Part shown: one piece after another, positions 27,287 through 38,677 of the stretch | Position numbering within the stretch: position 1 is the first letter of the stretch | How the letters are laid out: each line of letters opens with the position of its first letter | NCBI GenBank assembly: GCA_951406725.2 | Contig: OX597815.1 | Coordinates: 60,388,001 to 60,452,000, forward strand | Direction: 5' to 3' | From: Octopus vulgaris | Taxonomy: Eukaryota | DNA length: 64,000 bases | Translations under genes and position numbers: made by a program | Notes under the pieces: model-generated | What the model saw: the letters and a program-made list of their open reading frames with translations, nothing else | Database searches by the model: none | What the model was told of the DNA's origin: nothing

Positions 27287-28171
27287 AATCAAGGAACGGC
27301 CATAATAGGCCATTCACCCACTAGAAATAACAGCCAAAAGCTTTAACCGCAAAATAACGTCAATTCCGTAAACCAGGAGAAAATTAAAAAACATTTACCC
27401 TGTAATTTCTTAGACGATGCACCGTTTCATCTACTGTTTAATGGAAAACTAACCTGATTAAATTAAATCAAGCCAATCTACCATAGGCCCTTAGATTCAT
27501 CAGTAAGAAATAGCCAAGCCGGAACAGATATTTTTCACGAGGCATTCTCGTTGCTACCTCGTCAATATCTGACCTAAAATTTTCAAATCGTCGCACTCGC
27601 GCCAAATTTATCGGCAGCAAATAAATATAAGCCGCCGATTCCATTACGGAATTAACCAGAAAATTCATAATTAATCAATATAGGGTGGCAAAAAAACTTT
27701 TGTAGAATTCTTTTGCCACCAGCGGCCTAGTGGGAAAAAATTAAATAGTCATAAACCATTTTTAAGTTCAACATCACAATCAAGGAACGGCCATAATAGG
27801 CCATTCACCCACTAGAAATAACAGCCAAAAGCTTTAACCGCAAAATAACGTCAATTCCGTAAACCAGGAGAAAATTAAAAAACATTTACCCTGTAATTTC
27901 TTAGACGATGCACCGTTTCATCTACTGTTTAATGGAAAACTAACCTGATTAAATTAAATCAAGCCAATCTACCAATTCCTGGTTTACGGAATTGACGTTA
28001 TTTTGCGGTTAAAGCTTTTGGCTGTTATTTCTAGTGGGTGAATGGCCTATTATGGCCGTTCCTTGATTGTGATGTTGAACTTAAAAATGGTTTATGACTA
28101 TTTAATTTTTTCCCACTAGGCCGCTGGTGGCAAAAGAATTCTACAAAAGTTTTTTTGCCACCCTATATTGA

Positions 28172-28179
<8 letters not shown>
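27283..28179 (-). mobile_element. Retrozyme-like non-coding element: 1.4 tandem copies of a 491-bp unit plus an inverted arm, in (TA)n
   Basis: 27283-27482 = 27774-27973 (period 491). 27977-28179 is the reverse complement of 27667-27869. HHR at 27405-27511. Confidence 0.8.
27405..27511 (-). ncRNA. Type I hammerhead ribozyme with extended stem II
   Basis: atttctta CTGATGA atcta..tagat GAAA cggtgcatc GTC taagaaat: 8-bp stem I, canonical core, GUC site. Confidence 0.85.
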
Positions 28180-28214
<35 letters not shown>

Positions 28215-28289
28215 TGTTTATATAGGTAAAAATTTGAGGAGTACGTGCGTTACATAAATAATATTTTCAGGATTAAATAAAAAGACAAG

Positions 28290-28670
28290 CGGAAAATATA
28301 ACCTACCTATATATATGATTTACAAAAAACGTGCAGTAAATAAACAAATGAACATATGCTAAATACACAGGCGGACAGAAAAGCACAGACGGTCACCAAT
28401 ACTTTATCAGTTATCGGCCAGAGGAGTCAAAGGAAATTTCAGCCATCATCGATAATATTACTTCCACTATGGAGGCAACGACAAGAAAGTTGCGGGGAAT
28501 GGGACCATTGCTGAAGTTGCGCTTGACTCCTCTGGTCGATAGCTGATGAAGAATTGGTGACCTTCTGTTTTCTGTCCGTTTGCGTATTTAGTATATGTTC
28601 GTTGGTTTATTTACTACAGGTTTTTTTAATTACATATTTACATATATAGGTAGGCTATATTTTGCGTTAG
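28290..28670. repeat. Old fold-back element with degenerate permuted hammerheads in both arms
   Basis: ~28290-28445 is an imperfect inverted repeat of ~28510-28670. CTGATGA at 28543(+), CTGATAA at 28404-28410(-). Confidence 0.65.
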
Positions 28671-28677
28671 TTATCTT

Positions 28678-28819
<142 letters not shown>

Positions 28820-29140
28820 TATGTATGTATGTATGAATTTATGTATGTATATACGCACAAACATAGAGGTGACGCCCGTGCTTCAAATAGGTATAATTTC
28901 TTTCCTTGTTTCTTTTATATTGCTTTTTACTCTACTTTGATAAAGGACTCACCCGAAACATCAGTCTACTCCTTTTCCCTTTTTCGGCGTACTATTCACT
29001 GGGCATAAAGTTTGTTATAATTTTTTGTGTTTACATTTTCTCCATCATTTTTCGAATTTTCGTTTACCTATTGTAATCTCCTCACATTGTCATACTGTCT
29101 GTCTCTTTTTTCCCTCGTACTATTTGTACTATATATATAT

Positions 29141-29298
29141 ACGACTGGATTTTATCAGTTTCCGTCTACCAAATCCACTCACAAGGCTTTGGTCGGCCCG
29201 AGGCTATAGTAGAAGACACCTGCCCAAGGTGCCACACAGTGGGACTGAACCCAGAACCTTGTGGTCGGTAAGCAAGCTACTTACCACACAGCCACTGG
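29141..29298 (-). mobile_element. CORE-type tRNA SINE
   Basis: Reverse complement of the family at 1-115, with head AGTGGCTGTGTGGTAAG. Confidence 0.8.
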
Positions 29299-29572
29299 CA
29301 TAGAAAAAATTTATCAAATATGATGTGCCCTTGGTTATAACTATAAATTATTTCACCTTAATAGGTCTATTTTTATATGGTGGCCACTGATAAATTAAAT
29401 AAAAATTTTTATCCTCTATTATTATAATTGAAAAATTTCTATTCACTTCAGGACAGTCTATCCACTTATGGTCTACTCTGACCGGGTGCACACCTGCTGA
29501 GGTAGCACAGGAAATTCGATCTTGATGTATTTGTGGTATGTATAAATATCTCATTTATTTCCCCAAGTACAC

Positions 29573-29624
29573 TCTGCTGACGAGAAAAAGCGATTAAGCT
29601 AATCCAGAAATTGATCAATCCAGA
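29573..29624 (+). ncRNA. Type I hammerhead ribozyme (solo pLTR-like context)
   Basis: tctg CTGACGA ..gatta-agc-taatc.. GAAA ttgatca ATC caga. Palindromic stem III ATTGATCAAT. Confidence 0.65.
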
Positions 29625-30089
29625 ACTAATTATATTTTTATGGATTTCCGTTGGCTTACTCCCTCGATTTCAACACGTGTGTAATTTTGTGACGATTTAA
29701 AGTGGTTGAACGATTTAGCGTCTCTTTTCAGCGTATTGGTTAGATTTTTTCTATGCCATTAATTATAATTATAAATATTATATCATTTTAATAGGTCTGA
29801 AGGGGGATATATGTGCGTGTATGGGTCTCTGTGTGTGCATGTATGTATCTTAAACTCTAGACGTCTATACGAGATTTTCTCTAAAGACGAATAACGCAGT
29901 ATTACGGCGTTATTACAAAATATTCACGTTAAGTAGGATATAAAGATTTCTATTCGGTACTAATACTGCTTCCATCGCTAATAATTTTTCATTCACGTAT
30001 GCGCACTCGTTAGGTACCTGGCGCACTAATATAGTTCGACGCGAACTTACGACGAGAGAGGTTGTATTTTGTATGCTTGAGATCAACTT

Positions 30090-31143
30090 GAAAATAGAGA
30101 CCCAACACGAAGATTATGATCACGTCATGCTTTTCTATTTTAGAGCAACAAGAAAGCTACGAAAATCTGCATGTAGAAATGTGTTGTGCGCGGAAAGGAT
30201 GCTGTTACGGAACGTGTGTGCCAGAAGAGCTTTTCAAGGTTTCGATCGGGAAAGTTTTTCGTTCAAGATACTCCTCGCTGTGGCCGGCTAATTGGAATTA
30301 ACAACCACGAAGTGAAGGCGTTAGCCGAGACCGTTATACGACCAAGATGATTATAGATATTCTCCAAATATCCAAACAGAGTGTTGAAAACTTAATTAAG
30401 TCAACAGTTTTGATGTCTAAGTCGCACATCAATTGAACGAGGCTAATGTCACCCAGCGGCTTTCCATCAACAATTTGTAGCAGAAAACGTGAAGAAATAG
30501 ACACTTTTTTGAGGAGAATGGTTACAAGGGACACAAGTGGGACGTCTATAACAATGTGAAACGCAAATGATCATAGGGGAAACGCGGCGAATCCCCACAA
30601 ACAACGTCCAACTCAGAACTTCACCCGAAGAAGGTTATGCTTTTAATTTGGTGTACGTGGAAGGGTTTTGTCTTTTATGAGCTCCTTCCCATGAACAAAA
30701 CTACCAATTCAGATATGTACTGTGACAAGCTGGACAAATTAAACGCAGCGATCCACCATAAGTGTCCAGATGCTGCTAATCGTACGGGCATTGCCTTTCG
30801 TTACAATGTCAGATCGCACACTTCTTTGCAGGAGCAACAGACGGTTCTGGGGCTTGGCTGAGAAGTTTTGAAGAAATCTTCATATTTACCCAACCTTGTG
30901 GTTTCAGATATCTGTTTCAGTATCTTCAAAATCCCTTCAACGGACAGACCTTCATTGTTGAGGAGGATTTAAAAATTCCCCTGGAGGAATTTTTCGCCAG
31001 TCGCGACGGGAAATTCTTTGAGCAGGGTGCAATTGATCTGCCCACAAGATGTCAGACGATACTGAAACTAAATGGCAACTATATCATTGACTGAATGAAT
31101 TTCTTTGTGTATAAAACAAACGAACTTTATTGCCAAACTAATA
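30090..31143 (+). mobile_element. Mariner transposon remnant (pseudogenised transposase)
   Basis: HVMLFYF, RFRSG.F...D.PR.GR, YNNVKRK, LHPKKVMLLIWC.WKG..YELLP...TNSD.YC..LDKL, with stops and frameshifts. Confidence 0.85.
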
Positions 31144-31263
31144 TAAACAAAAACCAGGAGATAAGAAGGGCAAAAGAAGATTTACTTCGAGTTACATCAT
31201 TAATTTTGGTGCATTGGTATGTTTACAGTACATACGCAGCACGTATATTCTCTACAAATATGT

Positions 31264-31831
<568 letters not shown>

Positions 31832-31883
31832 TTTTAAATATTTGTTGTGCAAGATTTTTTATGTATATATATATATTATAATT

Positions 31884-31961
31884 AATAAGAGGAATTACCA
31901 CTAAAGTGGATTTCCTATACGCTAGAGATGGGAATCCACTTTAGTGGTCATTCCTCTTATA
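31884..31961. repeat. Short hairpin inverted repeat between (TA)n tracts
   Basis: ATAAGAGGAATTACCACTAAAGTGGATT..AATCCACTTTAGTGGTCATTCCTCTTAT. Confidence 0.7.
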
Positions 31962-32070
31962 TAATTTTTAAATCTTCGGATATTTTTTTTTAATATTTGA
32001 AATTTACTAGACCATTGGTTTAAATTGATGTTTATTGATTGATATCAATTTCTACCCTCATTATTTTATT

Positions 32071-32103
<33 letters not shown>

Positions 32104-33111
32104 GAAAAAACAAGTAAAAAATAGAAAATGCTAAAATAATTTTATAGTGAACATTTCAGTACCGGTTTCGGTCATTTTGAGACCTTTTCAACTGTAACGA
32201 TTAAATAATTAAATTTAGAAAAATTAGAAGAAAAGTTTTTTTAAAAGAATATTTCTATAGTAGTGTTCAGATTTAAGTGGCATTCTGCCTTTCTCTGACT
32301 CCCTTGTTTGCACTTGTGTGTTCGAGGTAGTTGTGAGTTCTTGGTAGGGTAGTAGAGGGAAGGCTGGTGAGGAAAGGGGGTGGGAGAATCTGGGAGTGCC
32401 CTGATGGTCGTATTTTGAATGGTCAGTGGCGGCTGGCAGTCTCAGTTCAATTCAGGAGAATATTTATATTGACAGGCTTGTTTATAGATTTAGCGTAGGT
32501 GTTATACTAAAAAACATTAGTGACAAACTTAAGGGGTAGGGGGTGGAGAAGAAGAAGAAGAAGAAGAAGAAGAAGAAGAAGAAGAAGAAGGAGGAGAAGG
32601 AGAAGATGATGGTGATGGTGGTGATGATTATGACGACGATGATGATGATAACGATGATGATGAAGAAGAAGAAGAAGAAAAAAACAGAGAAGGGAGAATA
32701 TGAATGGGTGTAAATATAGCTATGAAGGGGCTGATTAGTAATGGATTCTATGGAGTGTAGTATTTGTGTGTGTATATATATTTTTTTCTTTTATTCTAAA
32801 GTTGAGGTATATTAATTGTTTGTCGTAGACCCGTTAAGAAGTGGCTTGTATTTTGTAATAAAGAGATTTTCTTTACTTATTCTTTGTCTCGAGGTTGTAT
32901 CGTCCCTAAATTGGTAGAGGGAAAATTCTGAAGTTTGATGTTTTTTTGTTGGCGCAAGTATCTATGTGTTGGCTAAAAGCTATTTTTCTGTTTTGGGGAA
33001 TTTTTATCTGGGATCTGTGCAGGGCCATTCGTTTACGCAAACCATTTTTTGTTTGGCCTATGTACTGCTCTTGACACCCGGAGCAGGTTAGTGAGTATAT
33101 TAGGTTCTCTG

Positions 33112-33927
33112 AAATTCCAGTTCAAAGCTATTACAGAAGAACCTGAAACACAAAGACACCTCAGGGAGAGAATGGCACTGGAAAAAATGAAAATGGAAAT
33201 AGAACTTCTGAAATTGAGGGCCCAAACGAATGAGGATAAAATAAAATCCACCGATGAAGATATCAACGAAGAAATTCGCAAAATGACCCAAGGCCCAGAT
33301 CAAGAGAAGTTCTCCAAACTATGGAAAGAGGACTGTGAAAAAGAAGAACTAAAATCTCTCCAACGCTGGGAGAAAAGCGCCACTTGGTTCTCAGACTATG
33401 AAGCCGTCTTTCAAACAGAGCACGCCTCCAACAACCCTTTCCAGAAAATAAGAAAACCAAAACAACACCCAAACACCGATACACACCTGTCTAAAAATCG
33501 GAACCTTCACTACTATCAAAAAAAGAATACAGGACCTAACCCCAACTCTGTAAGCAGCCAGCGATACAATATCAGGAATACCCCCACTTCAAGCAGAGAA
33601 AGGATAAATCAACACCCACAGCATAGACACTGCAACCTCATCCCCACCCAAAGGAGTTACCAACGAAATCTTCGTCCCATTAACCGGTTAAACAACCATG
33701 CACAACAAACCCACACCACTTGCAATGATTACCAACGAAGGCCTCCTAGAACACCACACCCGAATATGGGATATCGGGATGCTCTCCTCAATACTGCTCC
33801 AAGAACACACACCACAAATCACAACAGGAGACCCCTAATCAACAAAGAACAACTATATACTAGCTACCGTCCCAACCACCGCATTCATTTTTTAGACCCA
33901 ATACGCAAACACAGAGACACAAGATAG
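33112..33927 (+). CDS. PLE upstream ORF (ORF1, coiled-coil/basic, 5' truncated)
   Basis: Open frame following the inversion junction, with a helical E/K-rich N part and a low-complexity basic C part. The track's TTG start at 33049 lies inside the inverted arm and is spurious. Confidence 0.6.
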   Translation, partial: KFQFKAITEEPETQRHLRERMALEKMKMEIELLKLRAQTNEDKIKSTDEDINEEIRKMTQGPDQEKFSKLWKEDCEKEELKSLQRWEKSATWFSDYEAVFQTEHASNNPFQKIRKPKQHPNTDTHLSKNRNLHYYQKKNTGPNPNSVSSQRYNIRNTPTSSRERINQHPQHRHCNLIPTQRSYQRNLRPINRLNNHAQQTHTTCNDYQRRPPRTPHPNMGYRDALLNTAPRTHTTNHNRRPLINKEQLYTSYRPNHRIHFLDPIRKHRDTR

Positions 33928-36218
33928 CACCAAACAAGCAGGAGGAACCAAAAGTAATAAAAATTATTAATCTAACTCACAAGGAACTAACAGCAAACCA
34001 AATAAACATACTTTCCAAAGGACTCAAGTTTACACCCACCCCACAACACCCCAACTACAATGAAATGAAAGAAGACATCGCAGAATTCTGCAGAAAATTA
34101 AGACTTACTGAGGAGCTATACGATAAATACAACGAGGACGAATCGTTAGCCAGAAATAGGAGTAACTACACCCCCTCGAAAGGTAAGAATAAAACACTTG
34201 ATGATTTCTGTGACCACATATCAAATTACCCATATCAACATATGCACAAACAAAAACACAAACCAAACTTCAGCAAAAAAGAATGGGCTGAGTTGAACAA
34301 ATTAAAACTAGATAAAACAATAACAATCAAAGAGGCCGATAAAGGGAGTGCTGTTGTCTTAATGGATACGACATTTTACATAACTTTGGTACTTTCTATG
34401 CTGGAAGACACAACATACTATGAAAAGGCACAAAACTACAGTCAACAAAAAATAATGAGGGAACTAAAATCCATATTAAACCCATACAAAGCAGGGCTCA
34501 CCGACAAAGAATATGATTATATGACCAATTTCACAACTAAAACTAGCCAATTCTACGGTATACCTAAGATCCACAAAAGTGAAAAAATAAGCAACGCATG
34601 CAAGATAGCTACAGACAAAATAATTAAAGTCCCTAATCCTAATGACCTCAAATTGAGACCCATAATAGCAGGTCCCGCATGCGAAACCCACCGCCTCAGT
34701 AACTTTTTAGACACCCTGTTAAAACCACTCCTCAAACATGTCAAAAGCTATATAAGGGACGACTTAGATATGCTCAATCACCTACCGAATACTATAAACA
34801 AAAACACCATACTGGTATCCTTCGATGTAGTCAACCTCTACTCCAATATCCCCCACAACCTAGGACTAGAGGCAATCCAATTCTGGCTAGAGAATCACGC
34901 CAACGAACTACCACACCGCATCAAAAAAGAATTTGTGATAGAAGGGGTTAAATTCATCCTGGAAAATAACTTCTTCGCCTTCAATGACAACTTCTACCGA
35001 CAAAAATCGGGGACTGCGATGGGTACACGAATGGCCCCCTCCTTTGCCAACCTAGTCATAGGATACCTAGAGATCAGTCTGTATCGTAAGGTTCTAGAAA
35101 GATATGGCAGCCCTTTCTCCATCTACATAGAAAACAACTGGAAGAGATATCTAGATGACTGTTTCATCCTTTGGCATAAAAATATAGAAAAACTCATAGA
35201 ATTCCAGAAAATTTTAAACGGACTGGACGTAAACATCCAATTCACGATGGAATATAGCCAACAACAACTCCCCTTCCTCGATATCCTCATTAAGAAAGCT
35301 AATAATATAATAGAAACAGACATATACTATAAGCCTACAGACTCTAAGCAATATCTTCCATTCAATTCATGCCACCCCAGACACACCAGGATGAATATCC
35401 CCTTCAATCTAGCAAAAAGGATATGCACTATAGTCTCTAACGCAAACACCAGAGACACACGACTACAAGAACTAAAAGATACCCTAATCACCAGGAACTA
35501 TCCACCTTCACTTATTGACAAGTGCATTCAACGTGCCCTTCAACTTAACATCAAGGAACTGAGACATCCCAAATCAAAGAAAAACTCACAACCAAAAGCC
35601 TTACCATACATCTCCACACACAACCCTCTCAATAACGAAGCCTTCGACACCATCCTCCACAACATACCCCTCCTAAAAAAAGACCACAGAATGAACACAA
35701 TCCTCCAAACACACACGATCATAAAAAGCAAAAGACAGCCTAGATCCATGAAAAGTCTCCTTACACAAGCCCGAATTCACTCTTCAACACAGAAGCCGAC
35801 AGTAAAAAAATGTGGAAGACCCAATTGCGGGATATGCGACTATCTAATCGAGGGTTCTGAGTTCTCCTTCAAACAGGGACAACGGTTTACAGTGAAAAGC
35901 AACTTCACATGTGCTTCGGAGAACCTAATATACTCACTAACCTGCTCCGGGTGTCAAGAGCAGTACATAGGCCAAACAAAAAATGGTTTGCGTAAACGAA
36001 TGGCCCTGCACAGATCCCAGATAAAAATTCCCCAAAACAGAAAAATAGCTTTTAGCCAACACATAGATACTTGCGCCAACAAAAAAACACCAAACTTCAG
36101 AATTTTCCCTCTCTACCAATTTAGGGACGATACAACCTCGAGACAAAGAATAAGTAAAGAAAATCTCTTTATTACAAAATACAAGCCACTTCTTAACGGG
36201 TCTACGACAAACAATTAA
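33888..36218 (+). CDS. Penelope-like reverse transcriptase + GIY-YIG endonuclease
   Basis: Frame open from 33864: INLT..LSKGLKFTPTP, ADKG, FYGIPKIHK, RPIIAG, SFDVVNLY, GTAMG, RYLDD, LPFLD, YYKPTD, CGRPNCGIC linker, NLIY..C..C..YIGQT..R...H. The first ATG (34065) is downstream of a conserved N-terminal motif. Confidence 0.95.
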   Translation, partial: FFRPNTQTQRHKIAPNKQEEPKVIKIINLTHKELTANQINILSKGLKFTPTPQHPNYNEMKEDIAEFCRKLRLTEELYDKYNEDESLARNRSNYTPSKGKNKTLDDFCDHISNYPYQHMHKQKHKPNFSKKEWAELNKLKLDKTITIKEADKGSAVVLMDTTFYITLVLSMLEDTTYYEKAQNYSQQKIMRELKSILNPYKAGLTDKEYDYMTNFTTKTSQFYGIPKIHKSEKISNACKIATDKIIKVPNPNDLKLRPIIAGPACETHRLSNFLDTLLKPLLKHVKSYIRDDLDMLNHLPNTINKNTILVSFDVVNLYSNIPHNLGLEAIQFWLENHANELPHRIKKEFVIEGVKFILENNFFAFNDNFYRQKSGTAMGTRMAPSFANLVIGYLEISLYRKVLERYGSPFSIYIENNWKRYLDDCFILWHKNIEKLIEFQKILNGLDVNIQFTMEYSQQQLPFLDILIKKANNIIETDIYYKPTDSKQYLPFNSCHPRHTRMNIPFNLAKRICTIVSNANTRDTRLQELKDTLITRNYPPSLIDKCIQRALQLNIKELRHPKSKKNSQPKALPYISTHNPLNNEAFDTILHNIPLLKKDHRMNTILQTHTIIKSKRQPRSMKSLLTQARIHSSTQKPTVKKCGRPNCGICDYLIEGSEFSFKQGQRFTVKSNFTCASENLIYSLTCSGCQEQYIGQTKNGLRKRMALHRSQIKIPQNRKIAFSQHIDTCANKKTPNFRIFPLYQFRDDTTSRQRISKENLFITKYKPLLNGSTTNN

Positions 36219-36970
36219 TATACCTCAACTTTAGAATAAAAGAAAAAAATATATATACACACACAAATACTACACTCCATAGAATCCATTACTAATCAGC
36301 CCCTTCATAGCTATATTTACACCCATTCATATTCTCCCTTCTCTGTTTTTTTCTTCTTCTTCTTCTTCATCATCATCGTTATCATCATCATCGGCGTCAT
36401 CATCATCACCACCATCATCACCACCATCTTCTCCTTCTCCTCCTTCTTCTTCTTCTTCTTCTTCTTCTTCTTCTTCTTCTTCTTCTTCTTCTTCTTCTTC
36501 TTCTTCTTCTTCATCATCATCGTTATCATCATCATCGTCGTCATAATCATCACCACCATCACCATCATCTTCTCCTTCTCCTCCTTCTTCTTCTTCTTCT
36601 TCTTCTTCTTCTTCTTCTCCACCCCCTACCCCTTAAGTTTGTCACTAATGTTTTTTAGTATAACACCTACGCTAAATCTATAAACAAGCCTGTCAATATA
36701 AATATTCTCCTGAATTGAACTGAGACTGCCAGCCGCCACTGACCATTCAAAATACGACCATCAGGGCACTCCCAGATTCTCCCACCCCCTTTCCTCACCA
36801 GCCTTCCCTCTACTACCCTACCAAGAACTCACAACTACCTCGAACACACAAGTGCAAACAAGGGAGTCAGAGAAAGGCAGAATGCCACTTAAATCTGAAC
36901 ACTACTATAGAAATATTCTTTTAAAAAAACTTTTCTTCTAATTTTTCTAAATTTAATTATTTAATCGTTA

Positions 36971-37008
36971 CAGTTGAAAAGGTCTCAAAATGACCGAAAC
37001 CGGTACTG
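36971..37008 (+). ncRNA. Minimal hammerhead with U3-A8 core in the PLE pLTR (mirror copy 32157-32194, - strand)
   Basis: cag TTGAAAA ggtc-tcaaaat-gacc GAAA ccg GTA ctg. Palindromic ACCGGT stem III. Confidence 0.75.
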
Positions 37009-37099
37009 AAATGTTCACTATAAAATTATTTTAGCATTTTCTATTTTTTACTTGTTTTTTCATATATATCAACTCGTGTGTTCCTTTTCACCCTTATAC

Positions 37100-37172
<73 letters not shown>

Positions 37173-37570
37173 CGTAACATTATACAATGCAGTCATATAA
37201 CAGAATGATGTAGAGAACCAATGTTCAGACCACATTCGGTTAACTTATGATCGATAATAACTCATTTGCATGCTGAACAGCGAGATTCGAAACAATGACT
37301 TCTATACTTATTCAGAAAACCTTTCGGCACATTCGAACGCAAATACGCCGATCGCTTTTGTATTTTTCATACAACAGTTTCTCATTTACGACGACTATAT
37401 ATTGATAACACAGTCGATTAATTTGGACATTGTTTTGTTTTTATGTTTGAGATGTGTACCTGAGCAATTGAATATAAACACACGAATACACAATCCCCCA
37501 CTCAACCCACCCACAAGCATACGCGCGCACACACACACACGCTCGCACAAACATACACGCACATATTTAT

Positions 37571-37624
<54 letters not shown>

Positions 37625-38677
37625 CTTATATATATATAATTGAATTTTTCTGTGCGTGTGTACAAAAATTTAATGTACGTCAATAACTTCTACATCTTTC
37701 ATCAGATTTCTTTAAAATTTTATATACAGCTGCTTCATATCCCAGACCCGAACATAGGCCACTTAAATTTTTTTAAATTGATACTGGGGCCTCTAAAGCG
37801 ATGGGAAACCAATAACGGATGATTCCTATTCATTTGCATTAATCAGCTGTTTTATCATTTATAGGGTCATCCATACTTTTTTAATCTTTTTATAAAAGTG
37901 AAAGGATTTCGTCTATTTATTTCCACTTTCCACCAACCATGATGATTAAATTTTCAAGGAACACTGTATGTGATGAATATCCAATACCAAACAATCTTAA
38001 TCTGCATTAAACTTTCGCAAGCTTACCTTTACCTATTCTGAGTTACTTGAAAGGTGACGTTCCCTTCCCTCTCTTCTATTTGTTGATACCTATATTTACG
38101 TATATGATTCGTCCCAAAGAATCAACCTTTAAATAAGGGTTTGCTTCCACTAGCGAAAGCTATACGTATCTTTCAGAAAGTTCCATACCAATTTAACTTT
38201 ATGCAGCATTCGCTGTTAATTTACGAGCAGGCTATGTGGGAAGACAGAATAACTGGGCTTTTGGTAGCTTATCTCCCCGAAAAAATAGTACTCTTTGCAG
38301 TTGAAAAAATAAACTTTCAGAGGGGAAGTTTTAACGTCTTCCTTCAATTTCTTTACATCGTTTATGCGGCTGTTTGTGACAAGAAATTTTGCTTTCATGT
38401 ACATCAACTATAGTTTGTAGTCGTTATCCGTAATCTACTCCCAAAACACTTCAGTAGCTCTACTTTGCATCGCTTGCAAACTTATATGTTCCATGATCAT
38501 TGAAGTGCAACGACCTCCAAAATAACCAGCCTTCAATTTGATTTTTCGTTCCTAGGTTCATCGGAAACGTAGATTGCCGTGCAACTCATAAACCTCGGTA
38601 GTTCAATTATTTGGTAGAAAAAATGCCACCAAAGCAACGGGTGCGTTTGCTAGTATATATATATATATATATATATA

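Larger units (their letters stand above)
32101..37095 (+). mobile_element. Neptune-type Penelope-like retroelement, 5' truncated, with inverted pseudo-LTR, inserted in (TA)n
   Basis: 32101-33109 is the reverse complement of ~35919-37062 and lacks the ~33-nt 3' tail. The RT-EN ORF is intact and there is an HHR in the pLTR. Confidence 0.95.

Noticed and set aside
33049-33111. TTG start of the 292-aa ORF
   Set aside because: Lies inside the inverted pLTR arm; the fusion is an artefact of the inversion junction.
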